Shown: in pieces, positions 23,395-34,400 of the stretch
Layout: every line of letters begins with the position of its first letter
How positions within the stretch are numbered: position 1 is the stretch's first letter
NCBI GenBank assembly: GCA_965240325.2
Contig: OZ251238.1
Span: 1,054,001 to 1,118,000 of the forward strand
Length of the DNA stretch: 64,000 nucleotides
DNA from: Rebecca billardiae RCC1528
Taxonomy: Eukaryota > Protista > Haptophyta
Reading direction: 5' to 3'
Program-made: the position numbers and the translations under genes
The notes under the pieces: model-generated
Database searches by the model: none
What the model was told of the DNA's origin: nothing
Seen by the model: the letters and a program-made list of their open reading frames with translations, nothing else

Positions 23395-26300
23395 TTACCG
23401 CGCGCGCGTCGGGTGTCGCTCCACCATGATGGCGTCGACGTGCCGCTTGAACGTCGCACCGTCCGTCGCCTTCGTCATGATGTCAGAGTGGTTGAGTGAG
23501 GTGTGTACCTTGACCACCTTCACCTTGCCACCCTCCTGCGCGTCACGCACATAGTGATGCTTGATCTCGATGTGCTTCGAGCGCTTGTGGTGCACAGGAT
23601 TCTCCACGAGGTCGATAGCCCCCTTGTTGTCCTCTCGCACCTCCGTCGCGGCCCGCGGCGGCTGCCGCATGGACTCGAGTATGCTCCGCAAGTAGCTCAC
23701 CTCGCGGCAGCAATCGCTCAGCGCGACGTACTCCGCCTCCGTCGAGCTCAGCGAGACTGTGCCTTGCAGCCCGCTGTGCCACGACACCGGCGCCCCATTG
23801 TAGAACACAATGTATCCACCCGTCGACCTGCCCTTGGTCTCCACCGGATTGCTTGCCCAATCGGAGTCAGCGAAAGCAAGTAGGTCGGGGTGCTCGGAAT
23901 CTGTCGCAAACTTGAACAAGATTCCCAATCGCGGGCATCCACGTAAGTAGCGCAGCACGCGCTTCGCACTTACCAGATCCACCGCCCGCGGACATGACAT
24001 GCGTCGCGTCAGCATGTTCACCGCGTGCGCGATGTCCGGCCGCGCCGTGACCATCGCAAACATGAGACATCCCACCATCGCCTGGTAGTTCTCAATCTCC
24101 GCGCGCTGCAGCAACGCCTCGTCGTCGTCGCTCAGCTGCGCCCGCGCCGCCGGCTCCGGCGTGCGCACCGGCGTGCTCGCGTTCAAACCGAACCGCTGAA
24201 GCACGCTCTCGACGTACGGCCCCAGATGCATCAGGATGCCGTCGTCATGAACTTCAAACACGGCGCCCAGGAACTTATCGAGCCGCTCACTCAGCTTGAT
24301 CTCGTAGTGCTCCTTCAGGTCAGCCGCCAGCTTCTCCACCGCGCGCGCGTCGCGCGTCAGGTTGAGAAACAGCAAGTCGTCGACAAAGCCGCCCGCGATG
24401 ATGAACTCGCCCGGCGCCGACTCCTTGACGTAGATGCACGGCGCACTCGGACACTCCGAGAAGCCGCGCGCGAGCAGCTGGGTGCGGTGCGTGCGATGCC
24501 ACGCGCGCCCAGACTGGCGTAGGCCCGGATACGCCTTCAGGCTCCGGCCCACGACTTTGTACCCCGGCGGCGCCTGCGTGCTCGGCACGTAGCCCGGCGG
24601 GAATGAGAAGAGAGGCCGCTCATCCGGCTTCAACTCCGAGTTGAGGTAGGCGTCCTTGACGTCGCCCTTCGACAGTATGCCCAGCGCCGCAACCGACGCT
24701 GCACCCAAGTCGACTCTCGCGCCAGCCTGCTGAGCGGCGATCGCCACGAGTAGTCGCACTTGTTCCGGCCGGATCGTCGGAGCAAAGACCTCCTGAAAGT
24801 CGATCCCCGGCCGCTGTAGGTTCCCCAGTAGCACCGACCGCGCCTTGAAGCGCGTCACCTCGCCCTCCGGGTTCGACTTCACGTCAAAGACCCACTGGCT
24901 CGGCAACACCCGCGTGCCCTCCGGAACCACCACCTCCTCCGAGGTGCCGAGCAACTTGTGACCTTCCAAGTGCTCGAGCATGGCGCCCTGCCACTGGGGC
25001 GCCTCCGCCGACCGCATCGCCTCGCGATAGTTCGTCGGCACCTTCACGTTGATCTTCTGGAACACCGACGCGGCGCTGACGACGGCAGTAAGCAGCTGCG
25101 GCCGTCGGCGCGACGTCCGATCCCTGCGAAGCGGATCGTGTCCCATATCCAGACCGGGCGGCGGCGCGTCCTCGATCACGCCGTCGTCACCGTCTGCGCC
25201 GCGCGGCGGCCCGCCAGCATCTGCTGCGGCCCCGCGCCGTGATTCCGTCGGCGGTATCTGATCCTGCCGACCCGGCTGCGTCATCGACGCGCCTGCCCCG
25301 CCACGCCCGCCCTGCGACGTCGGCGTCGACGGCTGTGCGCTCGCGCTGCTGCACCCGCGTTGTCCCGCGTCCACGCTGCTGCGCCCGCGCCCCGACGTTG
25401 ACGCATCTGCGTCGTCGTCGTACCCGACGTCGAACCCTGTCGCGTCGTCATTCCCGGCGTCGGCTGGCGTCTCGCCGCCGTCGCCGTCCTCGTCCTCACC
25501 GTCGGCATCACCGCCGACTGGACGATGTCCGCCGCTTACCGCGGCGCCGTCCCCATCACCCACGTACGCGCCACCGTCAGGTGCGCCCAGCGACGAGTGC
25601 CCCCCCTCGACCAGGTCGGTCTCGTCGATGCGTACGTCACGTGAGTGAACGAGACGTCCGTCATCTAAACGACATACGTACCCAAGCACGTAGCGCCATG
25701 TACCGCGCCACTGCACGCCGTGCCCACCCCAGAGATAGACACGTCCGGGTAGTGCGCGCTGCTTCAGCTGCCCCAATGCATTGCGCCGTGCGCCCAGCAT
25801 CAGCACGCGGCAGCGCGCGCCAAACGCCACGTGATGCTTCCACGTCGGACGTTTGCCAACGAACAGCTCATCCGGCGTGAGCCACTCAATGTCTCCATCG
25901 TCACGAATGATACCACGTGACGCCAGTCGATTGCGCGACGCGCATGCGTGCCACGCCGCGTAGTGCCAATCGACCCTCGAGACTCCACGCGCAACGACCG
26001 TGGCGCGCAGTCTCGACTTCAGCGTGCGGATAGCGCGTTCCGCCACGCCATTCGAGCTCGGCGAGTCGGGCGCCGACGTGACCGTCGACGAGAACCCAAG
26101 CTTCGCCAGCTCACCCTCGACGTACGTACTCAGCAACGTCGAGCCACCGTCGGTGTGAATATGGCGTCGCGCCATAGTACACCCCGACGCCAGGACCCAA
26201 TGCGACATGTGCATGGCCCCTGTTCCAAGCAACTGCGCGTACCAGCGGAATGCCCGACCAACCTCGGCGTCATCCAAGCTGCGTAGCGCGTACACTTGCC

Positions 26301-26709
26301 ATCGACGTGAATGCCCATCGATGAATATGATCCCATGAGGATACCCTCCACGTGCGCCATCGGCCCCAACTGGTAAGTCGATGCGCGCCATAGAGAAGAT
26401 GTCGACGTGCGTCACCTGCCCAGGGTAGTGCGCCGTCGGCATTGCGTCCGCGAACGACCGCCGCGTCATGCCCGCCGCCGACTGCTCGTCGAGCGGCTCA
26501 CGCCGCGCGTTCGCCCCCTCCATCCCCTCGGCCACGCGTCGCGTGCGCTCGAGTAGACGTTGGTCATTGGTGCCCGTTCGAACCGACCAAGTGCGTAACC
26601 ACGCCGGATCAGCGCCTCGCGCCGCCTCCGTAGTAGTAGTGGTATCAGATACCGTAGTGGTTGTGTTTGTGGCTCGCACCTGCGCGGGTTCCGGGCTTAG
26701 GCGTTTGGG
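23395..26709 (-). CDS. pol: Copia pol: integrase, reverse transcriptase, RNase H (frame -1 relative to gag-protease)
   Basis: Integrase HVDIF / HTDGG / SNGVAERAIRTL (DDE); RT KARSVLLG.Q.PGIDFQEVFAP, DVKDAYLN, FVDDLL; RNase H ADSDWA, SSTEAEYVA, EDNKGAI, KHIEIKHHYVRD, SDIMTK. Confidence 0.95.
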   Translation of the reverse strand, partial: PKRLSPEPAQVRATNTTTTVSDTTTTTEAARGADPAWLRTWSVRTGTNDQRLLERTRRVAEGMEGANARREPLDEQSAAGMTRRSFADAMPTAHYPGQVTHVDIFSMARIDLPVGADGARGGYPHGIIFIDGHSRRWQVYALRSLDDAEVGRAFRWYAQLLGTGAMHMSHWVLASGCTMARRHIHTDGGSTLLSTYVEGELAKLGFSSTVTSAPDSPSSNGVAERAIRTLKSRLRATVVARGVSRVDWHYAAWHACASRNRLASRGIIRDDGDIEWLTPDELFVGKRPTWKHHVAFGARCRVLMLGARRNALGQLKQRALPGRVYLWGGHGVQWRGTWRYVLGYVCRLDDGRLVHSRDVRIDETDLVEGGHSSLGAPDGGAYVGDGDGAAVSGGHRPVGGDADGEDEDGDGGETPADAGNDDATGFDVGYDDDADASTSGRGRSSVDAGQRGCSSASAQPSTPTSQGGRGGAGASMTQPGRQDQIPPTESRRGAAADAGGPPRGADGDDGVIEDAPPPGLDMGHDPLRRDRTSRRRPQLLTAVVSAASVFQKINVKVPTNYREAMRSAEAPQWQGAMLEHLEGHKLLGTSEEVVVPEGTRVLPSQWVFDVKSNPEGEVTRFKARSVLLGNLQRPGIDFQEVFAPTIRPEQVRLLVAIAAQQAGARVDLGAASVAALGILSKGDVKDAYLNSELKPDERPLFSFPPGYVPSTQAPPGYKVVGRSLKAYPGLRQSGRAWHRTHRTQLLARGFSECPSAPCIYVKESAPGEFIIAGGFVDDLLFLNLTRDARAVEKLAADLKEHYEIKLSERLDKFLGAVFEVHDDGILMHLGPYVESVLQRFGLNASTPVRTPEPAARAQLSDDDEALLQRAEIENYQAMVGCLMFAMVTARPDIAHAVNMLTRRMSCPRAVDLVSAKRVLRYLRGCPRLGILFKFATDSEHPDLLAFADSDWASNPVETKGRSTGGYIVFYNGAPVSWHSGLQGTVSLSSTEAEYVALSDCCREVSYLRSILESMRQPPRAATEVREDNKGAIDLVENPVHHKRSKHIEIKHHYVRDAQEGGKVKVVKVHTSLNHSDIMTKATDGATFKRHVDAIMVERHPTRAR

Positions 26710-29255
26710 GGCGGCGCAGCGCCAACGCGCCCCCGCCCCGCGCCCACGCGCCGCACTGGCGCCCTGCGCCGTGCGCGCGGCTCCGCCGGCGCATCGCCGA
26801 CGTCCGGCCCCACCTGGCGCCGTACGATCTCGGCGCGCAGCGTGGAATCGCGCGGCAGCTGCACGACGCCGCCTCCCAGCGCCGTAAAGTCCGCAGTGTT
26901 GCCGCGCTGCGAGTAGTGGAACTCGATGCCTGCGTCCGCGCAGTGCTCGACCGACAGCAGCGGCGCCGTGACGCGCCGCGACGCCCACGCCTCGATCTCG
27001 AGCGTGAGGACCTTGTCGCTGTCGTCGTCCGCCGCAAGCTTGACCACCAGGGTCCCGCGGTGAGTGACCCGCTCCCGCGCACCGTTCCCCCACTCGATCT
27101 GACATGCGCCGTCCACCGGGGTGAGATTCGTCAAATCCTCGGCCATGGCGATGTTCTTCCGTGCGCCAGTGTCAAACACCAACGCCCGCGTGTTGTCCTC
27201 CGGCGGCGCCACGCGTGCCTCGGCCGCCCGCGCCGCGACGATCTCGATGTCCTCGTCGCGCTGCGCCCTGCCGCCGATAGCCGCGCCAATAGGCGCCAAG
27301 CCGAGTCCGGCGCCGGCGCCACCGCCCTCTCCGGCGTCAGCGTCACCGTCGCCACCAACGGCGCCGTCGGGCTCGTCACCCTGCTCGGGTGCGAACGCGA
27401 CCTGCGTGCGGACCGTGCCGCCGCCGTTGCCATTCCCGACCACGGCGCGGGTGCTGCCCCCGCCACCGCCGCCGCCACCGCCACCGCCGCTCCGATGTGA
27501 GCCACGGCTGCGATCCGACCGCGTCGACGCCGCGTCATCGCCAGCGTTCGAGTCGCGATCAGCCTGCGTCACCTGCGGGCAGTAACGCTTGATATGCCCC
27601 ACGGCGCCGCACTTGTAGCAGCGCGGCCCGTGCGCGTCGTCGGAGTCGTCCTGGCCTCCGCGGCCGGCGCCGCGGCCAGTGCCGCCGCCACCGCCACGAC
27701 CTCCGCCGCCGCCACCACGGCCAGCCGGCGACGTCGTGTCGCCGCCGCCGCCACCCGCCGACGCCGCCGCCGCCTGCGCCAGGCGGAGCCCGTCGATTGG
27801 GTGCGCGCGGGTAGCGCCGCCGCCTCCTGGCGTGCGGCCACCCGCCCCTGGGCGCCCAGGGCCCCGGCGGTCAACCCGCTTGCCCTTGGAGAAGTCCCAG
27901 TCCTCGAACTTGCCGTTGAGCTAGTGCACGAGCTCCTGCACGTCGAAGTTCGTCACGGTCCTGTAGTCCTTCGACTCGTACCGCGTCCGCATCTCGATGC
28001 CCGCGCCCACCGACGGAATGAACTCGATGAGCCGCGCAAGCATCTCCGCCGCTGGCGCTGCGTCACTCAGCTCCTGCAGCAGCACGTGGTTGTGCTGTAG
28101 CACCTGGAAGAGCTCGAGGGCGCCGACGCCGTCCTTGCCACAGTCCGGCAGGACCGTCCGATGCCAGCGTGCCCGCACCGACATGTACTTCCGCATGTCG
28201 TCGGGCTTGCGCATGCGCAGGGTCGTCTTCCACAGGTACAGAAACTCGCGCCCGGGCGTAAGTGCGCCCCGGCGCGCGCGCTCCTCCTGCACCTCCGGCT
28301 GCGTCTCCATGAGGCGGTTGATGTGCTGCCACGCAGCCTCCGTCACCCACGACCGCAGCTCGGTGCGTAAGAAAGCCGTCCCCTTCTCGTACTGCGCCCC
28401 GGCGTACTTGGCGGGGTCCGCCTCGTCGCCGTCCGGCGCTGCCTCCAACACGCTCTGTCGGAGCTTGATGTCCAGCATGGCATGCTCGCTCGCCTGCCGC
28501 TCATACATCTGTTCCTCGGTCTCGCGCTCGCGGCGGTAGAGCTCGCGCGCGCGCGGATCGAGCGTCACGGCAGCGCCGCCCGCGGGCGCCGCGCCACCGA
28601 TCCCGCCGGCGCCGCCCGTAGGCGCTGCGCCGACGCTGGCGCCGCCCGCAGGCGTCGCGCCGTCAGTCCCAGCCGGCGCACCTGCCGCGCCGCCTGTGCC
28701 CACACCCGGACCGGGTGTGCCGGCCGCCGGACCCGGAGAAATTCCGGATCCGCCGCCCGCCGCCGGACCTGAACCCGGTCCGGTCGCCGTCGGGCCGCCA
28801 GGAGTGGCTAAACCACTCCCCGCGCCCGCCGAGGCAGCCTGCGCGTAGCTTGGCGCCTGCCTCGCCCCCGCCGCCGCCGCCGCGCGTTCCGCCGCGGCCC
28901 GGCGCTCGGCGTGCTCGCGGCGCTCGTGCTCGTGGCGATGGTCGAGCAGCCGCTGCTGCAGCGCGTAGTTCTCACGCGCCAGGTCCATCCGCTCGGCACT
29001 GACCTTGATCATCTTCGCCGCGGATGGGTTGAATGTCTCCCACGTCGAGTTGTACTCCTCGAGCGTGTTGATGCGGTGCTCCGCGTTCGGGCCGTGCGTC
29101 ACGATGATGCCGTTCAGTGCGGACATCGTAGCACCTTGCCCCGCCGGAAGCGCCGCCAGCTTGCTCGCCGATTGTGCGAGCCAACGCTGCTGAATCCCCT
29201 TGTCGTTGAGGCTCCCAACGTCGACCGAGCCGTAGTACCGGCCGCTCGTGCTCAT
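26697..29255 (-). CDS. gag: Copia gag-protease frame interrupted by one in-frame TAG (27923-27921)
   Basis: ORFs 27921-29312 and 26697-27602 are in the same frame, and the sequence between them is open after the TAG. It encodes zinc knuckle CYKCGAVGHIKRYC and protease LVFDTGA. Confidence 0.85.
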
Positions 29256-29311
29256 CGGCGCGATCGATGAGAAAGCGCCGCGCGTACGATCCCTCCCGAT
29301 CGCTGCATGCA

Positions 29312-30005
29312 TATTGGGTAAACGCGAGCTGCGAGCGTCTCGAGCCCTGCTAAGAGCTCACCGGCACGTCCTCGGGCGCGTCGTCGGTGACGCCCACGAA
29401 GGCAATCTCGACCCTCGCTCCTCTGACGAGCAAAGCTAACCTCCCGCCGAGCTCTTTTCGGCTCCGGCGGGGTGACCCGGCGTTTGCTGGCCCGGCTCGG
29501 GGAATCTCAATGATTCCGAGCCGCACGCCCCGTGCGTCAACCAATCACAGGTGTTCCCGACGCACCGCCGTAACTGCTGGTCGCACACGGTTTCTGGATC
29601 CGTGTACCCGTTGAATCCGGACGTCCTCGTCCGTGATGAATTTCTGGATGAAACGGTCGTGTTTGCGTTCTCGAGAACTCCAACACGCTTCCACGATGGC
29701 GGCCGAGCCATGCCCGTGCGACGTCACCGTGCCGCGCTGCGCCGGGCCGTACCGCCCGCGCACGCGCCGCGTCCGTGTCGCTCCGCGTCCGCGCTGCCGC
29801 GTCCGCGCTCCGCGTCCACGTCGATCCGCGCCAGCGCTGCTGCGCTCGCGCTCCTGCCGCCGCGCGCGCCGCGCGCGCGCGCCGCCAGAGCCAGCCACTG
29901 CTCTGTAGCTGATGCCGCCGGCCCGCCTGGTGCGGCGCCGGCCCTGACGTCCCAGCGGCGACGCCATCTGCTGAGATGCGCGCCCCAGGCTGCGTCAGCT
30001 CAACA
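29312..30005 (-). repeat. 5' LTR
   Basis: 694 bp; one difference noticed versus the other two copies (G at 29331 versus C at 21990 and 22684). Confidence 0.95.
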
Positions 30006-30934
30006 CAATAATATATTATTCGCCTGATGACGAAATGAGCTGCCATGGGGTCACGCTGACAAGTTTTGCGAAATAAAAATGTCATCACATATACTGGAGA
30101 TACGACCTCAATCTAGGCGCGATCTCTCGAGCAACATTAGTAGGGGAGATACACGATCTCCAAGGTGATCTCGCTATTTGCACCAGAATCGCACCGTCTA
30201 GATCACATTTTGGCAGTCTGAAATTGGCACAGGCGGATTCTACACCCTGGAATTAAGCCTTGACGCCTACTAACTAGTTCGCCCAAGTAAATACCCGTGT
30301 GATAGTTCATGCTAAGAGATTTCGGGAGATTGTAGCACCCGAGAGTGTAACGGTCGGAGCTCTGACCCCACTACCGCGTCTACCGCCGGCCGCGTCGGCC
30401 CCGCCGGTCTTATTCATGGCACACGAGTCATGAGTGTCATGACTCGCCACTACGGCTTACTGCTGAGTAGTGGCGGGCTCTCAGGCTCAGCTCCGACAGA
30501 CTGACTGGCGACGACTGATGCTAACCTTCCGTACCGTCAGTACAGACACCGCCGCAGAGTCCGAGACGGTCACGGGTCAGACTGACAGACTCAGTCTCAG
30601 TAAACGACACTGTCACTACACTGCTGTCCGCTCTGCTGAAGAATCCCGCCCTGCTGGTAACTGCTAGTAAACTATACACGCGCACACATATATTCGGCAA
30701 TATATATGTCACTACATGATGTCCTCTGCTGGTTACGCACTGTGAGGTGAAGGTTATAGACTCGGAAGGTGACACAGTTGTCACTGAGTGTTGTCACAGG
30801 TACGCCAGTCGCCAGACGGTGTGGTCGCTCGTCGACGTTTGACGTTTCGTCGCCCACCGGCTCAAGCGGTCAAGGGTCGTACGTTTCGCGGCCTGTTGCT
30901 GCGCCACCCTCGTTCGGCGGCGGAGGGGCAGGTG

Positions 30935-32932
30935 ATGGATGTGGGCACGCAGCTCGCGCCCTTCCTGACGGATGCACAGCTGCGCCACCTGGCGGGCGGC
31001 TCGGCGGAGCTCGACCTCGCGACTGTCGAGTCGATCGAGCTCACCGCCGACGCGAGCGAGCACTCACTCGCCGCGCTCGGCGCGCGGCTGCCGGCGCTTG
31101 CGGAGCTGAAGCTCTCTGGCTCGCGAGTGCCGAGCCTGCGCGAGCTGGGTACGCGGCTGTCGGGGCTGACGGTGCTCTGGATCGCGCGTTCGGGGCTCGA
31201 GACGCTCGACGGCATCGCCGCGCTCCCGCGGCTTCGCGAGCTCTACGCATCCTTCAACCGCGTGCAGTCGCTCGAGCCGTGTGTCGGGCTGGCCGCTCTG
31301 GAGGTGGTCGACCTGGAGGGCAACGAGGTGGCGGCGGCGCAGGAGGCGGCGCACCTGCGCGACGCGACGGCGCTGCACGCGCTCGTGCTCACCGCCAACC
31401 CGTGCACCCGCGGCGGCGAGCGCGCGTACCGGCGGGAGGTGCGGCGCGCGCTCCCGTGGCTAGCCCTGCTCGACGAGCTGCCGCTCGCGGACGGCGAGGC
31501 CGCGACCGAGGCCGACGTCGACGACGCCGACGACGTCGCCGACGCAGGCGGTGGCGCCGGTGGCGGCGAAGCCGGGGCTGGAGTGCGCGACGAGGCTGCG
31601 CGCGCGCCCAGCGCACCCTCCGGCGTTGGAGCTGCGGCCGCGCGCGGCGCCGCCCCTGGGCAAGCGGCGCAGGCAGGCCCCGGCCGTGCAGTGGAGGAGG
31701 AGGAGGATCTGGTGGCGGCGCTGCTGCGGCAGGGGGACGCGGACGAAATGCGTGCGTACGACGTGAGCACGCTGCCGCCGCTTGGGCTGGGCGGGCCGGC
31801 CCTGGCCGCGGCCGCGGCGGCGGGCACGCCCCTGGGGCTCGGCGGCAGGGCGGCGGGAGCATTGGAAATGGAGCGAAGCCTGGCACGGTCTGACGTGTCG
31901 GCGCGCGGCGCTGCGTCGGCGCTGCGCCCACTCTCGGGCGGCGCGGCGGTGGGCGGCGTCAGCGCGAGCGCGCGCGGTGCGCTTGCCTCGCCGCGCCGGC
32001 CTCACACCTCGGCGGGCATGCGCAGACTGCTGCACGCCGCCGCGTCGACGCATGGCGCGAGCGGCCCTCACAGCGCCCACCCGCTGGCGGCGACTGCGGC
32101 TGCAGTGCTCGCGCTCACAGATGCGGCGGGCGCGTCCGACAGCAGCTCGGCCTCCGAGCTCACACGCGGGGCAGAGCCGCTGTGCGGCGCGCTCGGCGCC
32201 GCGCGCGCGTGCCGGCTGCGCCGCGCTGCGCGTGCAGAGGCGGGGGCGGAGGCGGAGGCGGAGGCTGTAGCTGAGACAGACTGGTCGCGTGCCGGCAGGC
32301 TCGCCCCAGGGTTCCCTCCGCCCGCGCCGGCCGCGCGCCGCCCTGCCACGGCGGGCGGCGGCGGCTGGAGCCGCGCCGGCCGGGCCCCGGAGGCGGAGGC
32401 TGCCCAGTCGGAATTCAGCGAGCTCGTCACCGAGCTGCGCGCGCACAAGCTCGCGCGAGCACTCGGGCTGGGCACATGGGAGGCGGCGGGCGACGAGGAC
32501 GAGCGCAGCGGCGCGGGCGCGCTTGCCGAGGGCGGCGCCGCCGATGCGTTCTCGCGCAGGCTGCTTGCCCTCGAGCTCAGCCAGACGACGCGACCGCCGA
32601 CGGGCGCGTCCGCGTCCTCCGACGACCGCGCCTCGTGCACGTCCGATGCGTCGACGCACGTTGCAGGCGGCGCGACCTTCGCGCTGGGCGCGGGCACGGC
32701 CGGCAGTGTTGACGGGGCACTGCTCAGTGCGCGGCTGCTGCCCTCCTCGCTCCCACTGGCAATGGGCGGTGCGGTCGCACACACAGGCGGAGGTGGCCAG
32801 CCGGACCCGGCGGCAGCGGCGGTGGAGGTCGACCCCGCCGCCGACGAGCAGCCCACGGTGGAGGATGGCCCGGCTGAGCAGCGGCAGCAGCGCATTCTGC
32901 TGATCGACAGCGGCCAGTGGCAGCAGGGATGA
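30935..32932 (+). CDS. LRRC56: Leucine-rich repeat protein LRRC56/ODA8-like (dynein arm assembly)
   Basis: 'LGARLPALAELKLSGS.V.SLRELGTRL..LTVLWIARSGL..LDGIAALP.LRELYASFN....LEP...L..LEVVDLEGN' closely follows LRRC56; LRR cap 'NP...YRREV...LPWL..LD'. Confidence 0.88.
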   Translation: MDVGTQLAPFLTDAQLRHLAGGSAELDLATVESIELTADASEHSLAALGARLPALAELKLSGSRVPSLRELGTRLSGLTVLWIARSGLETLDGIAALPRLRELYASFNRVQSLEPCVGLAALEVVDLEGNEVAAAQEAAHLRDATALHALVLTANPCTRGGERAYRREVRRALPWLALLDELPLADGEAATEADVDDADDVADAGGGAGGGEAGAGVRDEAARAPSAPSGVGAAAARGAAPGQAAQAGPGRAVEEEEDLVAALLRQGDADEMRAYDVSTLPPLGLGGPALAAAAAAGTPLGLGGRAAGALEMERSLARSDVSARGAASALRPLSGGAAVGGVSASARGALASPRRPHTSAGMRRLLHAAASTHGASGPHSAHPLAATAAAVLALTDAAGASDSSSASELTRGAEPLCGALGAARACRLRRAARAEAGAEAEAEAVAETDWSRAGRLAPGFPPPAPAARRPATAGGGGWSRAGRAPEAEAAQSEFSELVTELRAHKLARALGLGTWEAAGDEDERSGAGALAEGGAADAFSRRLLALELSQTTRPPTGASASSDDRASCTSDASTHVAGGATFALGAGTAGSVDGALLSARLLPSSLPLAMGGAVAHTGGGGQPDPAAAAVEVDPAADEQPTVEDGPAEQRQQRILLIDSGQWQQG

Positions 32933-33259
32933 TGACGAAGCCCGAGTCGACGATGGCTCACTACGTCGATCTAATTCTGCTGCTGCGCTATATATTTCTA
33001 ATAACTAATATATGACCGCGTTCCGCGGTCCTTCCGTAGAACCAACGCAGTTAGGGGCCCGCGGTGTACCCTCCGTCGGCTGCTGTCAGTCTGACATGCG
33101 TAACACTAACAGTTCGCCTGAGCTGCCACCGCCAACTCAGTTGCCGCCCACCGGGCCGGCGGGCCGAGTCACTGTCGCCGACGCCGACGCGCCGCCCGGG
33201 CCGCGCGGGGAAGCGGCCGCCGTGGCGCGGGCCGGCGCGTGCGCGCGTGCGGGCGCACC

Positions 33260-34400
33260 TGCTTGAGGTGCTCGCGCTGCGCCATGCGCTCGACGACGGG
33301 CCGCTGGTCGCTCAGCCGGCTCGCCTCGTGCCGGCAGAGCGAGAGCGCGCGCCACGCGGCTGCCCCGGCCTGCCGCTGCGCAGCCGCGCACCGAGACCGA
33401 GCGGGAGCTCGGGGTGGAACGAGGCGAGCGGGGCGTCGCGCCTGCCGCCGCGCGTGCGCGCCTGCTCCACCGCGCCGCCGTGCTCGCCCGCCGCCTCCTC
33501 CGCCGCGTCGGCGGCCTCGAAGACGGCGGCGGCCAGCCAGCGGCAGGCTCGGAGCCCGTGCGCGCTCAACCGGCGCCGATCGCCTCGACGGCCGTCTACT
33601 CCACAGCTGGCTGCTCGAGCTGCTGCACGGGGCGTCGCGACGAGGGCGCCGCGCGCGCCCAGCGCGTCCGTCGCCGCGTCGCGCAGCGCGTCGAGCTCGG
33701 CGCCGCGCTTCGCCAGCTCGGCGCACAGCGCCTCCGCGCACACGTGCTGGCATGCAGCACGGCCTCTCTAGTCTCTGGCATCAGTGTCTGTGTGACGCCG
33801 CCCATCCGTGCGCGCGCAGCTCGGCTGCAGCTCGGCTGCAGCTCGACGGCGGACTCGTCGCGGCTGGCGGCGAGGGTGCGCAACGCGTCGACGGCCGAGG
33901 CCTGCAGCCCGGTGATCGCCGCGTCGACGCGCGCGGCGCATTCCCCTCGCAGCTCCTCGCGCTGGCCGCGCTCGCGTGGCAGCAGTGTCTCATGCGAGCG
34001 TTCGGCACTGGCCGTCCGCTGCTCGTCCTCACGCTGCTGCACCTCAGCGCCGCCGTCGACCGAGTTGAGGAGGAGCTCGCGCTCGGCGTCGAGGAGCGAG
34101 CTCGCGTGCTCGAGCTCGCCCTTCAGCTGCGCGAACTCCGGGCGCATCCGGCTCATCTCCGCTGCGTGGCTCCAGGCGCGCTCCGATCCTCAAGGCGTCG
34201 CCAACGAGCTCGTGAGCGTGCTCCGGACTCGGCTCGCCCTTGCGCGCTCCTCCTCGAGCGACGAACGCGCCCGCGGGCAGGCTGTTGACCGCCGCCTCCG
34301 CCGCGATCTCGCCGCCCCCGCCGCGATCTCGTCGCGCATGCTTTGCAGCGAGGCGCTGTGTGCGCGCCGTCGGCACGGCCTGGCGAGACTCTGAGGCGAG
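33260..34400 (-). pseudogene. Probable frameshifted coiled-coil protein gene remnant
   Basis: Coiled-coil-like peptides (SLQSMRDEIAA, SSLEEERARA, EFAQLKGELEHASSLLDAERE, LCAELAKRGAELDALRD, RLSDQRPVVERMAQREHLKQ) occur in several frames with no clean splice path found. Confidence 0.4.

Larger units (their letters stand above)
21971..30005 (-). mobile_element. Ty1/copia LTR retrotransposon with a tandemly duplicated 3' LTR
   Basis: TSD CAATA at 21966-21970 and 30006-30010; three 694-bp LTRs; domain order gag-PR-IN-RT-RH; G-rich polypurine tract adjoining the 3' LTR. Confidence 0.97.
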
